DNA from: an uncultured Bacilli bacterium
GTDB lineage: Bacteria > Bacillota_I > Bacilli_A > RF39 > UBA660
Reading direction: 5' to 3'
Assembly: GCA_934099115.1 (NCBI GenBank)
Contig: CAKOPK010000001.1
Span: 17,682-81,681 of the forward strand
DNA length: 64,000 nt
Made by a program: the position numbers and the translations under genes. Below the pieces are notes generated by a model, which saw only the letters and a list, made by a program, of their open reading frames with translations, was not told where the DNA came from and ran no database searches. This document shows positions 1-10,172 of the stretch, piece by piece. Positions within the stretch are counted from its first letter, which is position 1, and each line of letters begins with the position of its first letter.

Positions 1-2
1 AA

Positions 3-1229
3 GAAGATATTAATAAATTAAAAAAAATAGAAAGACAAGAATCTAATAAAGCTTATAGAGTTCTAGCATATGCTTATAAAAAAATAGACGAATCATACAT
101 TCTAGATAAGTCTTTAGAAAATGAACTTATTTTTGTTGGGATGACTGCTATGATTGATCCACCAAGAGTCGATGTTAAAGATGCCATAAATGAATGTAAA
201 ATGGCACATATTAAGCCAGTAATGATTACAGGAGATAGTTTATCTACCGCTACTTCTATTGCTAAAGAAATAGGTATTTTAAACAATGAAAGCAAAGCTA
301 TTACTGGTGAACTGCTAGATAAGATGAGTAAAGAAGAACTAATAAAAAATGTTAACAATTATTCCGTATATGCAAGAGTTAGTCCAATGAATAAACTTGA
401 TATTGTAAATGCTTGGAAGCAAAATGGAAAAATTGTTGCAATGACTGGTGATGGTGTTAATGATGCACCCGCTTTAAAAAGTGCAGACATTGGTGTTGGA
501 ATGGGAATAACCGGAACAGAAGTTTCAAAAGGAGTTTCGGATATTATTCTTGCTGATGATAGTTTTTCAACAATTGTTACTGCAGTAAAGGAAGGAAGAA
601 GAATTTTTGATAATATAAGAAATGTTTTAGTTTATCTCCTTACTGGAAATATTGCTGAAATATTAGTTGTGTTTATCGGAATGTTATGTGGCATAGAAAT
701 ATTTTTACCAATACAACTTTTATATATTAATTTAATAACCGACTCAATCCCTGCTATTGCATTAGCATTTGAAAACAGTGAAGAAAATATTATGCATAGG
801 AAAATCAGGAAAAATAATAGTTCATTTTTTACACCATTTTTAATAGCAAAGATGAGTTTATCAGCACTTTTAAAAACTATTGCTGTAGCACTTGTTTATT
901 TTATAAATTTAAAATTGTATAATATAGAAGTTGCAACTACAATGTCATTTTTAACATTAATATTATTAGAAATGATTTTTGCCTATTCATGTAGAAATTT
1001 AAAAAGAAATATAATTAGTAAAAATTTATTTAGTAACAAATATATGAATAGAAGTATATTTATACTTGGCATAATTCAAATTATTATTTTTATTACCCCA
1101 CTAAAAAGTATCTTTAAAATTATAGATTTAACATTGTTTCAAGTTATTTATTGCCTTATAGTAGTTATATTACTATTTCTAATTGATGAATTATCAAAAA
1201 ATATAATTAATAAATTATTTAAAGATTAG
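3..1229 (+). CDS. P-type cation-transporting ATPase (P2 / Ca2+-ATPase-like), C-terminal part; 5' end outside window
   Basis: The frame is open from nt 3 (EDINKLKKIE...), upstream of the tracked Met at 141. Contains MITGD and TGDGVNDAPALK motifs followed by several hydrophobic helices. Confidence 0.9.
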   Translation, partial: EDINKLKKIERQESNKAYRVLAYAYKKIDESYILDKSLENELIFVGMTAMIDPPRVDVKDAINECKMAHIKPVMITGDSLSTATSIAKEIGILNNESKAITGELLDKMSKEELIKNVNNYSVYARVSPMNKLDIVNAWKQNGKIVAMTGDGVNDAPALKSADIGVGMGITGTEVSKGVSDIILADDSFSTIVTAVKEGRRIFDNIRNVLVYLLTGNIAEILVVFIGMLCGIEIFLPIQLLYINLITDSIPAIALAFENSEENIMHRKIRKNNSSFFTPFLIAKMSLSALLKTIAVALVYFINLKLYNIEVATTMSFLTLILLEMIFAYSCRNLKRNIISKNLFSNKYMNRSIFILGIIQIIIFITPLKSIFKIIDLTLFQVIYCLIVVILLFLIDELSKNIINKLFKD

Positions 1230-1238
1230 GAGAATATT

Positions 1239-1790
1239 ATGAATGAAAACGGAAATTATGATTCAAAATTAATGCCACTATCTAATGAAACTGATTTAAG
1301 AATAGCACAAGAAAAAATATTAAATGAAGTTCCTTTAACAATGAAAGAAAAAATGATTTTAGGACGTGATCACCCAATTAAAATCATTGATGGCTATGAA
1401 TTAAAATCAGATTGTGTATATAGAGCAATTAGTGAAGAATTATATAATAAATATTTAGAATTAGGATTTATATATGGTATTGATGAAAATGATGAATATG
1501 TAGAATATATTGAAGGTGGGAAAACATTTAATAATAATAGAGGTGTTGATTGGTATCTTGGTGGTGCATGTTTAAGATATGGAAACGTTATAATTGAATG
1601 TCCTGCAAGTTTTGAATATTTTCAACCAGCATATGATAATGGATGTCATTTATCTATAGACCCAACTGTTAGGCATATGAAATCATCTGGATATAATAAT
1701 CCTGTTCCTATGAATATGATTAAATTAATAAAACACCCAAGCATTCCTATTGATGTTAATGAATTAGAAAACAATTATAAAAGTAGATAA
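1239..1790 (+). CDS. hypothetical protein (183 aa), no recognisable motif
   Basis: ORF lies 9 nt after the ATPase stop. GGAGAA RBS sits 6 nt upstream of the ATG. Followed by a terminator. Confidence 0.5.
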   Translation: MNENGNYDSKLMPLSNETDLRIAQEKILNEVPLTMKEKMILGRDHPIKIIDGYELKSDCVYRAISEELYNKYLELGFIYGIDENDEYVEYIEGGKTFNNNRGVDWYLGGACLRYGNVIIECPASFEYFQPAYDNGCHLSIDPTVRHMKSSGYNNPVPMNMIKLIKHPSIPIDVNELENNYKSR

Positions 1791-1830
1791 AAAAAAATTT
1801 ATTAAATGATTAAAATCATTTAATAATCGC

Positions 1831-1857
1831 CAAACACTTTGTGTTTGTTTTCTTTTG
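1831..1857 (+). terminator. rho-independent terminator
   Basis: CAAACAC-TTT-GTGTTTG stem followed by TTTTCTTTT. It is preceded by a 13-bp AT-only palindrome TTATTAAATGATT/AATCATTTAATAA. Confidence 0.7.
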
Positions 1858-1868
1858 TATTATAATTT

Positions 1869-2142
1869 ATGAGCATAATTAGTTTATTTAATTCTGAAAA
1901 AGAATTGTTAGAAATCTTTCTTAAAAATAAATATTTTAAAATACGAGATATCTTTCAAGATTACTGGTATGATTTTTTAAATTTTGCAAATAAAAAAAAC
2001 TATTCGTTATTATGGTATTTATTCTTCTAAAATTCATCATCTTTATCAAACTTGTAAGTTATTAATTGATACTTTCTCTCGTGATCATTTAAAATGTCCT
2101 AATTGTGGTTCTATCATGAAATTTGAATATGGTTTTACTTAA
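1869..2142 (+). pseudogene. remnant of an IS91-like (Y2 HUH) transposase: N-terminal and C-terminal pieces joined, frameshifted in an A8 run
   Basis: Frame 1 gives MSIISLF...RDIFQDYWYDFLNFANKK. After the A8 run (1992-1999) another frame gives TIRYYGIYSSKIHH...LKCPNCGSIMKF. The RYYG(I/L)xSxx and terminal CxxCG pieces recall IS91-family ends, but the catalytic core is absent. The family call is from memory of motifs only. Confidence 0.35.
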
Positions 2143-2471
2143 TTTTAGAAAGATGTTATTTATGAAAAGTAAAAATCCTAAAGAAATTGAATTTATTTGT
2201 CCCAAGTGTAAAACTATAGAAAGGATCCCTACCGAGATAGTAGAAATGCTTGATTTTGCTGATCAAATAGATGTAGATACTTCTATCCTCCTAGATTTGA
2301 CTGCCAATTCCGTGAAGGAAAAATGATTCCTATTTACTATATTGGTGTAAATGGTAAAATATACGAATATAAAGAAAATTAGATTTAATTTTTTTTAAAT
2401 TAAAAATTGGATGTTTTTATAAAGTGTAACCTTTGTCAAGGACTAAATAAAAAAGAGAATTAGAAAATCCT

Positions 2472-2705
2472 CTATTTATCTTTAATTAATGGTTCATCAA
2501 AATCTTCATTCGTATAAGCTTCTACGGATGGATGAACTATTTTTTCGTCTTGATTAACCATGTTTTTTATTGGTTTTATTTTTGGTGTTTCTATTTTAGG
2601 TGTCGTAATATCTACTAGATATCCAATTAAAGCAAAAATTATAATTAATGCAATTACTAGAAACCAAATATAATTATTTAATAGAAATTCTACTAATACA
2701 TTCAT
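2472..2705 (-). CDS. small membrane-anchored protein (77 aa)
   Basis: Single N-terminal hydrophobic helix (WFLVIALIIIFALIGYLV). GGAGGA RBS upstream. Confidence 0.5.
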   Translation of the reverse strand: MNVLVEFLLNNYIWFLVIALIIIFALIGYLVDITTPKIETPKIKPIKNMVNQDEKIVHPSVEAYTNEDFDEPLIKDK

Positions 2706-2739
2706 GACATCCTCCTAACTTAAACTTATGTTTTTTATT

Positions 2740-3810
2740 TTAAGATATACCTATATTTCCTGTTTTTGGTACAATATGAATCCAAGTATTTCCGTCGTTT
2801 ACTGTTATTTCTGTTCCATCTTTATAACGATATACTGTTTGTTCTGTCCTGCTTTTCTTTTCCCATGTAATAGGCATTGCTACTCCGCCAGTTATAAAAT
2901 ATCCTTCGCCGCTTCCAATATTATCTATTTCTTGACGGCCTTTTCCTCCACCAACAATTGTGCTGTTAGCAACTTGATAAGTAATAATATTTTTTACAGT
3001 ATACTGTTCTTTTGTAACATAGTCTACATGAGCTTTATTATTTACTGATTGTTTATAGACATTTGCACTTTCATCATATACATAGTTTGTAACAAAACCA
3101 TTAGAATATTTTAAATCTAATTTAGTTGCAGTCATTCTTCCTTCAATTTTGGTAGTATCAATATTTGTTGCACTATAATTTAATAATAAATCTTTGTTTG
3201 TCTCTGTTCTATAATTTAGTTTTTTTACTAGCTTGCTCATTTCTTTTAGGTTGACGAATCCTGTATGTTCACTACTTACAGGTAATTTTTGTCTAAAGAA
3301 ATATGGTGAGCCATAAGTTAGACCATTAATATTATTCACTTTAAGTGTTGATATATCACTTTGGGCTTGTGGGCTCCATCCCCAGTGTACATAGTATGCA
3401 TCATTTTCTAATGCATAATCTAGATAGTAATGTCTTGCACTTCTTACACTTCCGACTACTTCTGGAGTTTTATCTTTAAATAAAGCCATGTAGCGAGTAA
3501 TACCACCTTCTACTACTATTTCATATACTAAATATGCATCTTGTAAACCTGTATGATAGGGTCTTGCTACCCCTAAATTATTTATCATTACTGCATATGG
3601 CCTAGTTTTACTGTTTTTATTAACAATTTGAACCTCTGGTACTGTTGGGTCTTTTTCTTCTTCTTGATTTTTTTTCTTTTCACTTTTATTATTTTCATGT
3701 GTAGGTTTATCTTTTGATAATAAGCTTACGCCTATGATACTACCTCCAATCAAAAATGCACCTATAACTAAAATAATTATTAGATTTTTCTTGTTTAATT
3801 TTCTTTTCAT
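2740..3810 (-). CDS. DUF3048 (YerB-like) secreted/membrane-anchored protein
   Basis: N-terminal signal anchor. Motif PYAVMINNLGVARPYHTGLQDAYLVYEIVVEGGITRYMALF is typical of the DUF3048 N-domain. Confidence 0.8.
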   Translation of the reverse strand: MKRKLNKKNLIIILVIGAFLIGGSIIGVSLLSKDKPTHENNKSEKKKNQEEEKDPTVPEVQIVNKNSKTRPYAVMINNLGVARPYHTGLQDAYLVYEIVVEGGITRYMALFKDKTPEVVGSVRSARHYYLDYALENDAYYVHWGWSPQAQSDISTLKVNNINGLTYGSPYFFRQKLPVSSEHTGFVNLKEMSKLVKKLNYRTETNKDLLLNYSATNIDTTKIEGRMTATKLDLKYSNGFVTNYVYDESANVYKQSVNNKAHVDYVTKEQYTVKNIITYQVANSTIVGGGKGRQEIDNIGSGEGYFITGGVAMPITWEKKSRTEQTVYRYKDGTEITVNDGNTWIHIVPKTGNIGIS

Positions 3811-3869
3811 ACTTCGTACTCCTTATATATTAAGTATATCATTTAATAATTAAAATGTAAATTTAAAAT

Positions 3870-3898
3870 CAAAAAAAGAACCCATTTCTGGATTCTTA
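3870..3898 (-). terminator. rho-independent terminator of the str operon (after tuf)
   Basis: On the minus strand: AAGAAUCC-AGAAAU-GGGUUCUU (8 bp including one G-U pair) followed by a U7 run. Confidence 0.8.
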
Positions 3899-3909
3899 TT
3901 TATTTTAAA

Positions 3910-5079
3910 TTACTCAATGATTTCTGATACTACACCAGCACCAACAGTACGTCCACCCTCACGGATAGAGAATTTTGTACCATTTTCTAGTGCAACTGGA
4001 GCGATTAATTCAACAGTCATGTCTACGTTGTCGCCTGGCATAACCATTTCAACACCAGCTGGAAGTTCAATAACACCTGTAACATCAGTAGTTCTGAAGT
4101 AGAATTGAGGTCTGTAATTTGAGAAGAATGGAGTATGACGTCCGCCTTCTTCTTTACTTAAGACATAAACGCTAGCTTTGAATTTATGATGAGGAGTAAC
4201 ACTTCCTGGTTTAGCAAGAACTTGTCCACGTTCAACTTCGTCACGGTTAATGCCACGTAATAATACACCAGCATTATCTCCAGCTTGAGCGAAGTCTAAT
4301 GATTTACGGAACATTTCAATACCTGTAGCAACAGTTTTCTTTGTAGGTTTTAAACCAACAATTTCAACTTCGTCGTTAAGTTTTAATTGTCCACGTTCAA
4401 CACGTCCTGTAACAACAGTTCCACGTCCTGAAATTGTGAATACGTCTTCAATACTCATTAAGAATGGTTTATCAGTGTCTCTAACTGGAGCGTCGATATA
4501 AGAATCAACAGCAGCGATTAAATCACGAATTGATTGAGCAGCAGCTTCATCACCTTCTAGAGCTTTTAAAGCTGAACCACGGATAATAGGACATTCAGAA
4601 TCATATCCATATTCTCCTAATAATTCTCTGATTTCCATTTCTACTAAGTCTAATAACTCAGGGTCATCAACTTGGTCACATTTGTTCATGTATACAACAA
4701 TTTTAGGTACACCAACTTGACGTGATAATAAGATATGCTCTCTTGTTTGAGGCATTGGTCCATCAGCAGCACTAACTACTAAGATAGCACCATCCATTTG
4801 AGCTGCACCTGTAATCATGTTTTTAACATAGTCAGCATGGCCTGGGCAGTCAACGTGAGCATAGTGACGTTTGTCAGTTTCATACTCAACGTGTGAAGTA
4901 TTAATAGTAATACCTCTTTCTCTTTCTTCTGGAGCTTTGTCGATATTTGCATAGTCAACAAACTCTTTACCAAAATATTTTGTAATAGCAGCAGTTAAAG
5001 TTGTTTTACCATGGTCAACGTGTCCAATAGTACCAATATTAACGTGCTCTTTAGTACGGTCAAATTTTTCTCTTGCCAT
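3910..5079 (-). CDS. tuf: elongation factor Tu
   Basis: [22 protein letters not shown] and GSAL motifs. Start moved to ATG 5079 (MAREKF...) behind a GAAAGGAG RBS, so the tracked MKGEKI extension is rejected. Confidence 0.97.
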   Translation of the reverse strand: MAREKFDRTKEHVNIGTIGHVDHGKTTLTAAITKYFGKEFVDYANIDKAPEERERGITINTSHVEYETDKRHYAHVDCPGHADYVKNMITGAAQMDGAILVVSAADGPMPQTREHILLSRQVGVPKIVVYMNKCDQVDDPELLDLVEMEIRELLGEYGYDSECPIIRGSALKALEGDEAAAQSIRDLIAAVDSYIDAPVRDTDKPFLMSIEDVFTISGRGTVVTGRVERGQLKLNDEVEIVGLKPTKKTVATGIEMFRKSLDFAQAGDNAGVLLRGINRDEVERGQVLAKPGSVTPHHKFKASVYVLSKEEGGRHTPFFSNYRPQFYFRTTDVTGVIELPAGVEMVMPGDNVDMTVELIAPVALENGTKFSIREGGRTVGAGVVSEIIE

Positions 5080-5167
5080 AATTTTTTCTCCTTTCATATG
5101 TACAATATTATTTTATCTAATGCTTGAACTTTTTTCAAGTATTATTTGACTTTATGTGTGTTAAATT

Positions 5168-7240
5168 TTAGTTAACACTGTTTTTCTTGATGATTTCTTC
5201 AGCGATTGATTTTGGTACTTCTTCATAATGGTCTAATGTCATTGTAAAGTTACCACGGCCTTGAGTATTACTACGTAAACTTGTAGCATATCCAAACATT
5301 TCTGCTAAAGGAACCATTGCTTTAATAGATAAAGCATTTCCACGAGACTCTTGTCCCATTGGGCGCCCTCTTCTTGATGTTAAGTCTCCCATAACATTTC
5401 CCATGTATTCATCTGGAACAATTACTTCAACATTCATAATTGGTTCTAGTAATACTGGATTACATTTCTTTTTAGCTTCTTTTAAAGCCATAGAAGCAGC
5501 GATTTTGAAAGCCATTTCTGATGAGTCTACATCATGGTATGAACCATCAAATAATGTTGCTTTTACGTCTACCATTGGATAACCTGCTAGGATACCACCA
5601 GCCATAGCTTCTTGTAATCCTTTATCAGTTACTGGAATATATTCACGAGGAACTACACCACCAACGATAGCATCAACGAATTCATATCCTTTTTCTGGAT
5701 TTGGTTCAAATTTAACCCAAACATGTCCATATTGTCCACGTCCTCCAGATTGTTTAATGTATTTACCTTCGCATTCAGCAGCAGTCTTAATTGTTTCACG
5801 GTAAGCAACTTGTGGTTTACCTTTATTACAATCAACATTAAATTCTCTTTTCATACGGTCAACAATAATGTCTAAGTGTAATTCTCCCATTCCAGATAAA
5901 ACTGTTTGCCCAGTTTCATGGTCTGTTTTTACTCTAAGAGTTGGGTCTTCTTCAACTAATTTACTAATAGCTAAAGCCATTTTGTCTTGGTCATTCTTGC
6001 TCTTTGGTTCGATTGCAATATCGATAACTGGAGCTGGGAATTCCATACCTTTCATGATGCATGGATGTTTTTCATCACATAATGTGTCTGCAGTTGTTGT
6101 ATTTTTTAAACCAACAGCAGCAGCGATTTCTCCTGCATAAACCTCAGTAATTTCTTTTCTTTGGTTAGCATGCATTTGTAGGATACGACCAATTCTTTCT
6201 TTTTCTCCTTTTGTACTATTTAAAACGTATGAACCGCTTGTTAATACTCCTGAATAAACACGGAAGAATGATAATCTACCTACGAATGGGTCAGTCATAA
6301 TCTTAAATGCTAAAGCAGTGAATGGTTCAGAATCACTTGGATGACGTTTTACATCATTACCATCTTTATCAGTACATAGAATTGCTTCTATATCTGTTGG
6401 AGCTGGTAAATAATCTATAACTGCATCTAGTAATGCTCTTGTTCCTTTGTCATCTAAAGCATCTGAACATAATACTGGGAAGAATTCAACTGATAATGTA
6501 GCTTTTCTGATAGCAGATTTTAATGCACTTTCAGAAATTTCTCCACCATCAAGATATGTCATCATTAGTTCTTCATCAAAATCAGCGACTGCTTCAATTA
6601 ATTTTGTTCTATATTCATTTGCTTTGTCAGTCATATCACTTGGTATAGCAATTTCATTTAGGTTTTGTTGCTCTGTATTATCATATTGGTAAGCTTTCAT
6701 AGTTACTAGATCAATATATCCATTGTATTCTGATTCAGCACCAATAGGTAACATGATAGGAGCTGCATTAGCACCTAAACGGTCTTTAATAGTTTTTAAA
6801 CTGTAATAGAAGTCAGCACCCATTTTGCACATTTTGTTAGCACAAATCATTCTTGGTACTTTGTATTCATTCGCTTGTCTCCATACAGTTTCGGTTTGAG
6901 GTTCAACACCTGCTTGAGCATCAATAAGAGCAATAGCTCCGTCTAATACTCTTAAACTTCTTTGAACTTCGATTGTAAAATCTACGTGTCCTGGAGTATC
7001 AATGATATTTAAGCGATATCCTTTCCAGTGGCATGTTGTTGCAGCACTTGTAATTGTGATACCTCTTTCTTTTTCTTGAGCCATCCAGTCCATTTGAGAT
7101 TCACCTTCGTGAGTCTCTCCGATTTTATGAGTTATTCCTGTTAAGAATAAAATTCTTTCAGTAGTAGTTGTTTTTCCAGCATCAATGTGAGCCATGATAC
7201 CAATATTTCTTATTTTATCAATTGTAACATCTCTTGCCAT
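5168..7240 (-). CDS. fusA: elongation factor G (with non-canonical G4/G5 motifs)
   Basis: [14 protein letters not shown] and DTPGHVDF motifs, with five-domain length. Start at ATG 7240 (MARDV...), 5 nt after the rpsG stop. G4 reads NKMC instead of NKMD. Confidence 0.96.
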   Translation of the reverse strand: MARDVTIDKIRNIGIMAHIDAGKTTTTERILFLTGITHKIGETHEGESQMDWMAQEKERGITITSAATTCHWKGYRLNIIDTPGHVDFTIEVQRSLRVLDGAIALIDAQAGVEPQTETVWRQANEYKVPRMICANKMCKMGADFYYSLKTIKDRLGANAAPIMLPIGAESEYNGYIDLVTMKAYQYDNTEQQNLNEIAIPSDMTDKANEYRTKLIEAVADFDEELMMTYLDGGEISESALKSAIRKATLSVEFFPVLCSDALDDKGTRALLDAVIDYLPAPTDIEAILCTDKDGNDVKRHPSDSEPFTALAFKIMTDPFVGRLSFFRVYSGVLTSGSYVLNSTKGEKERIGRILQMHANQRKEITEVYAGEIAAAVGLKNTTTADTLCDEKHPCIMKGMEFPAPVIDIAIEPKSKNDQDKMALAISKLVEEDPTLRVKTDHETGQTVLSGMGELHLDIIVDRMKREFNVDCNKGKPQVAYRETIKTAAECEGKYIKQSGGRGQYGHVWVKFEPNPEKGYEFVDAIVGGVVPREYIPVTDKGLQEAMAGGILAGYPMVDVKATLFDGSYHDVDSSEMAFKIAASMALKEAKKKCNPVLLEPIMNVEVIVPDEYMGNVMGDLTSRRGRPMGQESRGNALSIKAMVPLAEMFGYATSLRSNTQGRGNFTMTLDHYEEVPKSIAEEIIKKNSVN

Positions 7241-7245
7241 AACAA

Positions 7246-7713
7246 TTACCATCTATAGTGAGCAAATGCTTTATTTGCTTCAGCCATCTTGTGAGTGTCT
7301 TCACGTCTTTTAACTGCCCCACCAACACCATTTGAAGCGTCGATAAGTTCGTTTGCAAGATTGATAGCCATTCCCTTTCCATTTCTTGTTTTTGCATAAT
7401 TTACAATCCAACGTAATGCTAGAGTTTGTTTTCTCTCTTCAGTAACTTCTACTGGTACTTGGTAGTTTGAACCACCTACACGGCGAGATTTTACTTCTAG
7501 TTGAGGTTTTACATTTTCTAGAGCTGCATTGTAAACTTCCATTGGGTCTTTGCCAGTTTTTTCTTTAATGATATCAAATGCTTCATAAAGAATATTTTCT
7601 GCTGTTCCCTTTTTACCATCTCTCATAATTCTGTTTACTAGTTTTGTAACTGTTTTTGAATTATATATTGGATCTGGTAAAACGTCTCTTTTTATTGCAC
7701 GTCTCTTACGCAT
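7246..7713 (-). CDS. rpsG: 30S ribosomal protein S7
   Basis: 155 aa, [19 protein letters not shown]...AFAHYRW. Sits in the str-operon position. Confidence 0.97.
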   Translation of the reverse strand: MRKRRAIKRDVLPDPIYNSKTVTKLVNRIMRDGKKGTAENILYEAFDIIKEKTGKDPMEVYNAALENVKPQLEVKSRRVGGSNYQVPVEVTEERKQTLALRWIVNYAKTRNGKGMAINLANELIDASNGVGGAVKRREDTHKMAEANKAFAHYRW

Positions 7714-7731
7714 AATTATTCTCCTTTCTTA

Positions 7732-8145
7732 TTATTTTTTAGGTCTTTTTGTTCCATATTTACTACGTCCTTGTTTACGGTTATTTACTCCTTGAGTATC
7801 TAACGTTCCACGAATAATATGATAACGAACACCGATTAAGTCTTTAACACGTCCACCACGTACTAATACTACGCTATGTTCTTGTAAATTGTGTCCTTCT
7901 CCTGGAATGTAGCAATCTACTTCTTTACCGTTTGATAGTCTTACACGAGCATATTTACGTAATGCTGAGTTTGGCTTCTTAGGTGTTTTTGTTCCAACAC
8001 GAGTACAAACACCACGTTTTTGAGGTCCCTTTGTATCTGTTGCTTTTCTTGTCATTGCATTATAACCTACATTTAAAACTGGAGATTTACTCTTTTTTGT
8101 TTTGTTCTTTCTGTTTTTCTTTACTAGTTGATTTATTGTTGGCAT
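7732..8145 (-). CDS. rpsL: 30S ribosomal protein S12
   Basis: [10 protein letters not shown]...[11 protein letters not shown]...[13 protein letters not shown]. Start at ATG 8145 behind an AGGAGGGAGG RBS, so the tracked N-terminal extension is rejected. Confidence 0.97.
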   Translation of the reverse strand: MPTINQLVKKNRKNKTKKSKSPVLNVGYNAMTRKATDTKGPQKRGVCTRVGTKTPKKPNSALRKYARVRLSNGKEVDCYIPGEGHNLQEHSVVLVRGGRVKDLIGVRYHIIRGTLDTQGVNNRKQGRSKYGTKRPKK

Positions 8146-8282
8146 AATATCCTCCCTCCTATTAACACACATCCTGGTGTATCAGATTTTCTATTAAATT
8201 AGGTTCTACCTAGGCAGAACCACAATTTAAAATGCACAATTAATATAACATTATAGTATATGAAAAGTCAAGTGTTTTTTGA

Positions 8283-8318
8283 CATAAAAAATATGTTTTT
8301 GACATTAAAAACATATTA
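8283..8318 (-). terminator. rho-independent terminator after trxB
   Basis: On the minus strand: AATATGTTTTT-AATGTC-AAAAACATATT (11 bp) followed by TTTTAT. The first arm overlaps the trxB stop codon. Confidence 0.6.
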
Positions 8319-9215
8319 ATTACTTTTTTGGTTATTTGCTTCATTTATATGAATGGAAGCAGTTGCTCCTTCACTGGCTGCAGTTATTAACTGATAGATT
8401 TCTTTTTTGGTAACATCACCACTTGCATAAACTCCGGCAATGTTGGTTTCTTGTTTTGCGTTAATTAAAATATAGCCATCTTCCATTTTTAGATTCGTAT
8501 TCTTTAAAAAATTTGTATTAGGAGTAGAGCCAATATATATAAATAATCCTTCGACATTTAGTTCTTTACCACTTTTTAATTTTACTTTTGTTAATTTTTC
8601 TTCTACAGTCTTTAATTCTACTATCTCATCATTTAATATTAATTCTATGTTAGGTATGTTTTTTACTTTGCTTATAGTATCTTCTTTTCCTCTAAAGCTG
8701 TCTCTTCTATGTATTACATATACTTTATGAGCTAGTTTTGCTAAATAAATACTTTCGCTTAAAGCACTTTCGCCTCCACCTACTACAGCAATATCTTTGC
8801 CTTTATAGAAATGTCCGTCGCATAAAGCACAGGTACTGATTCCCCTACCTACTAGTTTTTCTTCATTCTTTAAACCTAGAGGTTTGGGAATACGACCTGT
8901 TGCTATTAGAAGATACTTGCTTTGATAGACGTTATTTTTCGTTTTAATTGTTTTTATTTTTTCTAAGATAACATCTGTTACTTCTTCTAATTTATAGGGT
9001 ATTCGATATTCGTTTACTTCTTCTAGTAAATTCATAGCAAAATCAGGGCCGCTTATTTCTTTTATTCCTGGATAATTACTAATTGTAGAAATTTTATTTA
9101 ATGTTCCTCCGGGTGCACTACCATCAAGCATTAATACTGATAGTCCGGCTTCTTTTGCATAAATAGCTGCACTTATTCCAGATAAACCCATTCCAATTAT
9201 TATTAAATCATACAT
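8316..9215 (-). CDS. trxB: thioredoxin-disulfide reductase
   Basis: FAD GxGxxG (IIGMGLSGISAA), redox CALCDG, NADPH site VVGGGESA, C-terminal GDV. Confidence 0.9.
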   Translation of the reverse strand: MYDLIIIGMGLSGISAAIYAKEAGLSVLMLDGSAPGGTLNKISTISNYPGIKEISGPDFAMNLLEEVNEYRIPYKLEEVTDVILEKIKTIKTKNNVYQSKYLLIATGRIPKPLGLKNEEKLVGRGISTCALCDGHFYKGKDIAVVGGGESALSESIYLAKLAHKVYVIHRRDSFRGKEDTISKVKNIPNIELILNDEIVELKTVEEKLTKVKLKSGKELNVEGLFIYIGSTPNTNFLKNTNLKMEDGYILINAKQETNIAGVYASGDVTKKEIYQLITAASEGATASIHINEANNQKSN

Positions 9216-9217
9216 AT

Positions 9218-10030
9218 TTATCCCCCTATTCTATTCTTATTTATATCATTATATAAGTTTTCATATTTACCTTTTTTATATAAATAAATTAAATACATGA
9301 GTGAACCTATAAATAATATAGCTGATAATACTTGTGCTACTTTAAAGCCACCTAGCATTAGAGAGTCTGTTCTCCAACTTTCAATAAAAAATCTTCCAAA
9401 ACTATACCACATTAGATAAACGCAAGTAATAGTTCCAACTTTTATATACTTGTTCTTACGTATTATTATAAGCATTAAAAAGCCTAGTATACACCATAAA
9501 CTTTCAAAATAGAATGTTGGTAAATAGTAAGTGCCACCAATATTCATTCCCTTAATAATAAATTCTGGTACATGTAAACTTTTTAAATGAGCATAGGTTG
9601 TTGCAAAGCCATGAGCTTCACTGTTAAAAAAATTCCCCCATCTTCCTATTCCTTGAGCCAAAATTACTGCTGGAGCACATATATCTAAGATTTTTAAAAA
9701 ATTTATTTGTTTCTTAGAAGTATAAATATAAACTGTTAGTATACCTGCGATTAAACCACCATGGATTGCTAATCCACCATTCCAAATTGCTAATATTTCT
9801 AAAAGATTATATTTGTAATAAGATAAATTAAATAATACATAGTAGAGTCTTGCTCCTAATATGCCAAATATTATGGCGTAGAAACACATATCGAAGATTG
9901 TATCTTTTGAAATATGAAATTTTTTGGCTTCTCTTATAACCAAATTTATTCCTATGATTATTCCTATTAAAATCAAAAAAGAATACCATTTAATTTCTAG
10001 ATGAAATATTGTAAACATTATTGGGTTCAT
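9218..10030 (-). CDS. lgt: prolipoprotein diacylglyceryl transferase
   Basis: Polytopic protein with the Lgt-type pattern (GARLYYV, WNGGLAIHGGLI, GRWGNFFNSEAHG). Start set to ATG 10030 behind GAAGGAAA. Confidence 0.9.
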   Translation of the reverse strand: MNPIMFTIFHLEIKWYSFLILIGIIIGINLVIREAKKFHISKDTIFDMCFYAIIFGILGARLYYVLFNLSYYKYNLLEILAIWNGGLAIHGGLIAGILTVYIYTSKKQINFLKILDICAPAVILAQGIGRWGNFFNSEAHGFATTYAHLKSLHVPEFIIKGMNIGGTYYLPTFYFESLWCILGFLMLIIIRKNKYIKVGTITCVYLMWYSFGRFFIESWRTDSLMLGGFKVAQVLSAILFIGSLMYLIYLYKKGKYENLYNDINKNRIGG

Positions 10031-10172
10031 TATTTTCCTTCTTTCTATTTTATTATACTTAATAAAGTTATAAAAGTAAATAAACTTATTCAATTAAGTT
10101 TTTGTGCTTAATAGTGTAGTTGGCTTAATTTTTTAATGTGGTCGTGATATTAATAAGAAAAGAGAGGTAAAA

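Noticed and set aside
2728-3048. 106-aa plus-strand ORF overlapping the DUF3048 gene.
   Set aside because: It is a shadow ORF of the minus-strand gene, with implausible Cys/Phe/Tyr-rich composition.
3917-4102. Plus-strand ORFs antisense to tuf, fusA, mnmG, mnmE, murA, metG, tagO, the 807-aa gene and others (e.g. 3917-4102, 5868-6140, 6447-6692, 32849-33277, 48151-48696, 55256-55558, 57663-58028).
   Set aside because: They lie entirely inside strongly supported genes on the opposite strand. They have low-complexity or hydrophobic shadow-frame composition and no RBS.
5080-5097. N-terminal extensions in the ORF track for tuf (MKGEKI), fusA (MVIV), rpsL (MCVNRREDI), lgt (21 aa), tagO, wzy, secG and the IS110 transposase (28 aa).
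   Set aside because: Internal ATGs give the canonical N-termini and sit at proper distance from GGAGG-type RBSs. The extensions run into the upstream gene or the RBS itself.
8260-8315. Repeated TTTTTGACAT(A/T)AAAAA motifs upstream of rpsL, considered as tandem operator repeats.
   Set aside because: They are the two arms of the trxB terminator hairpin plus a short adjacent hairpin, so a simple terminator/promoter explanation suffices.
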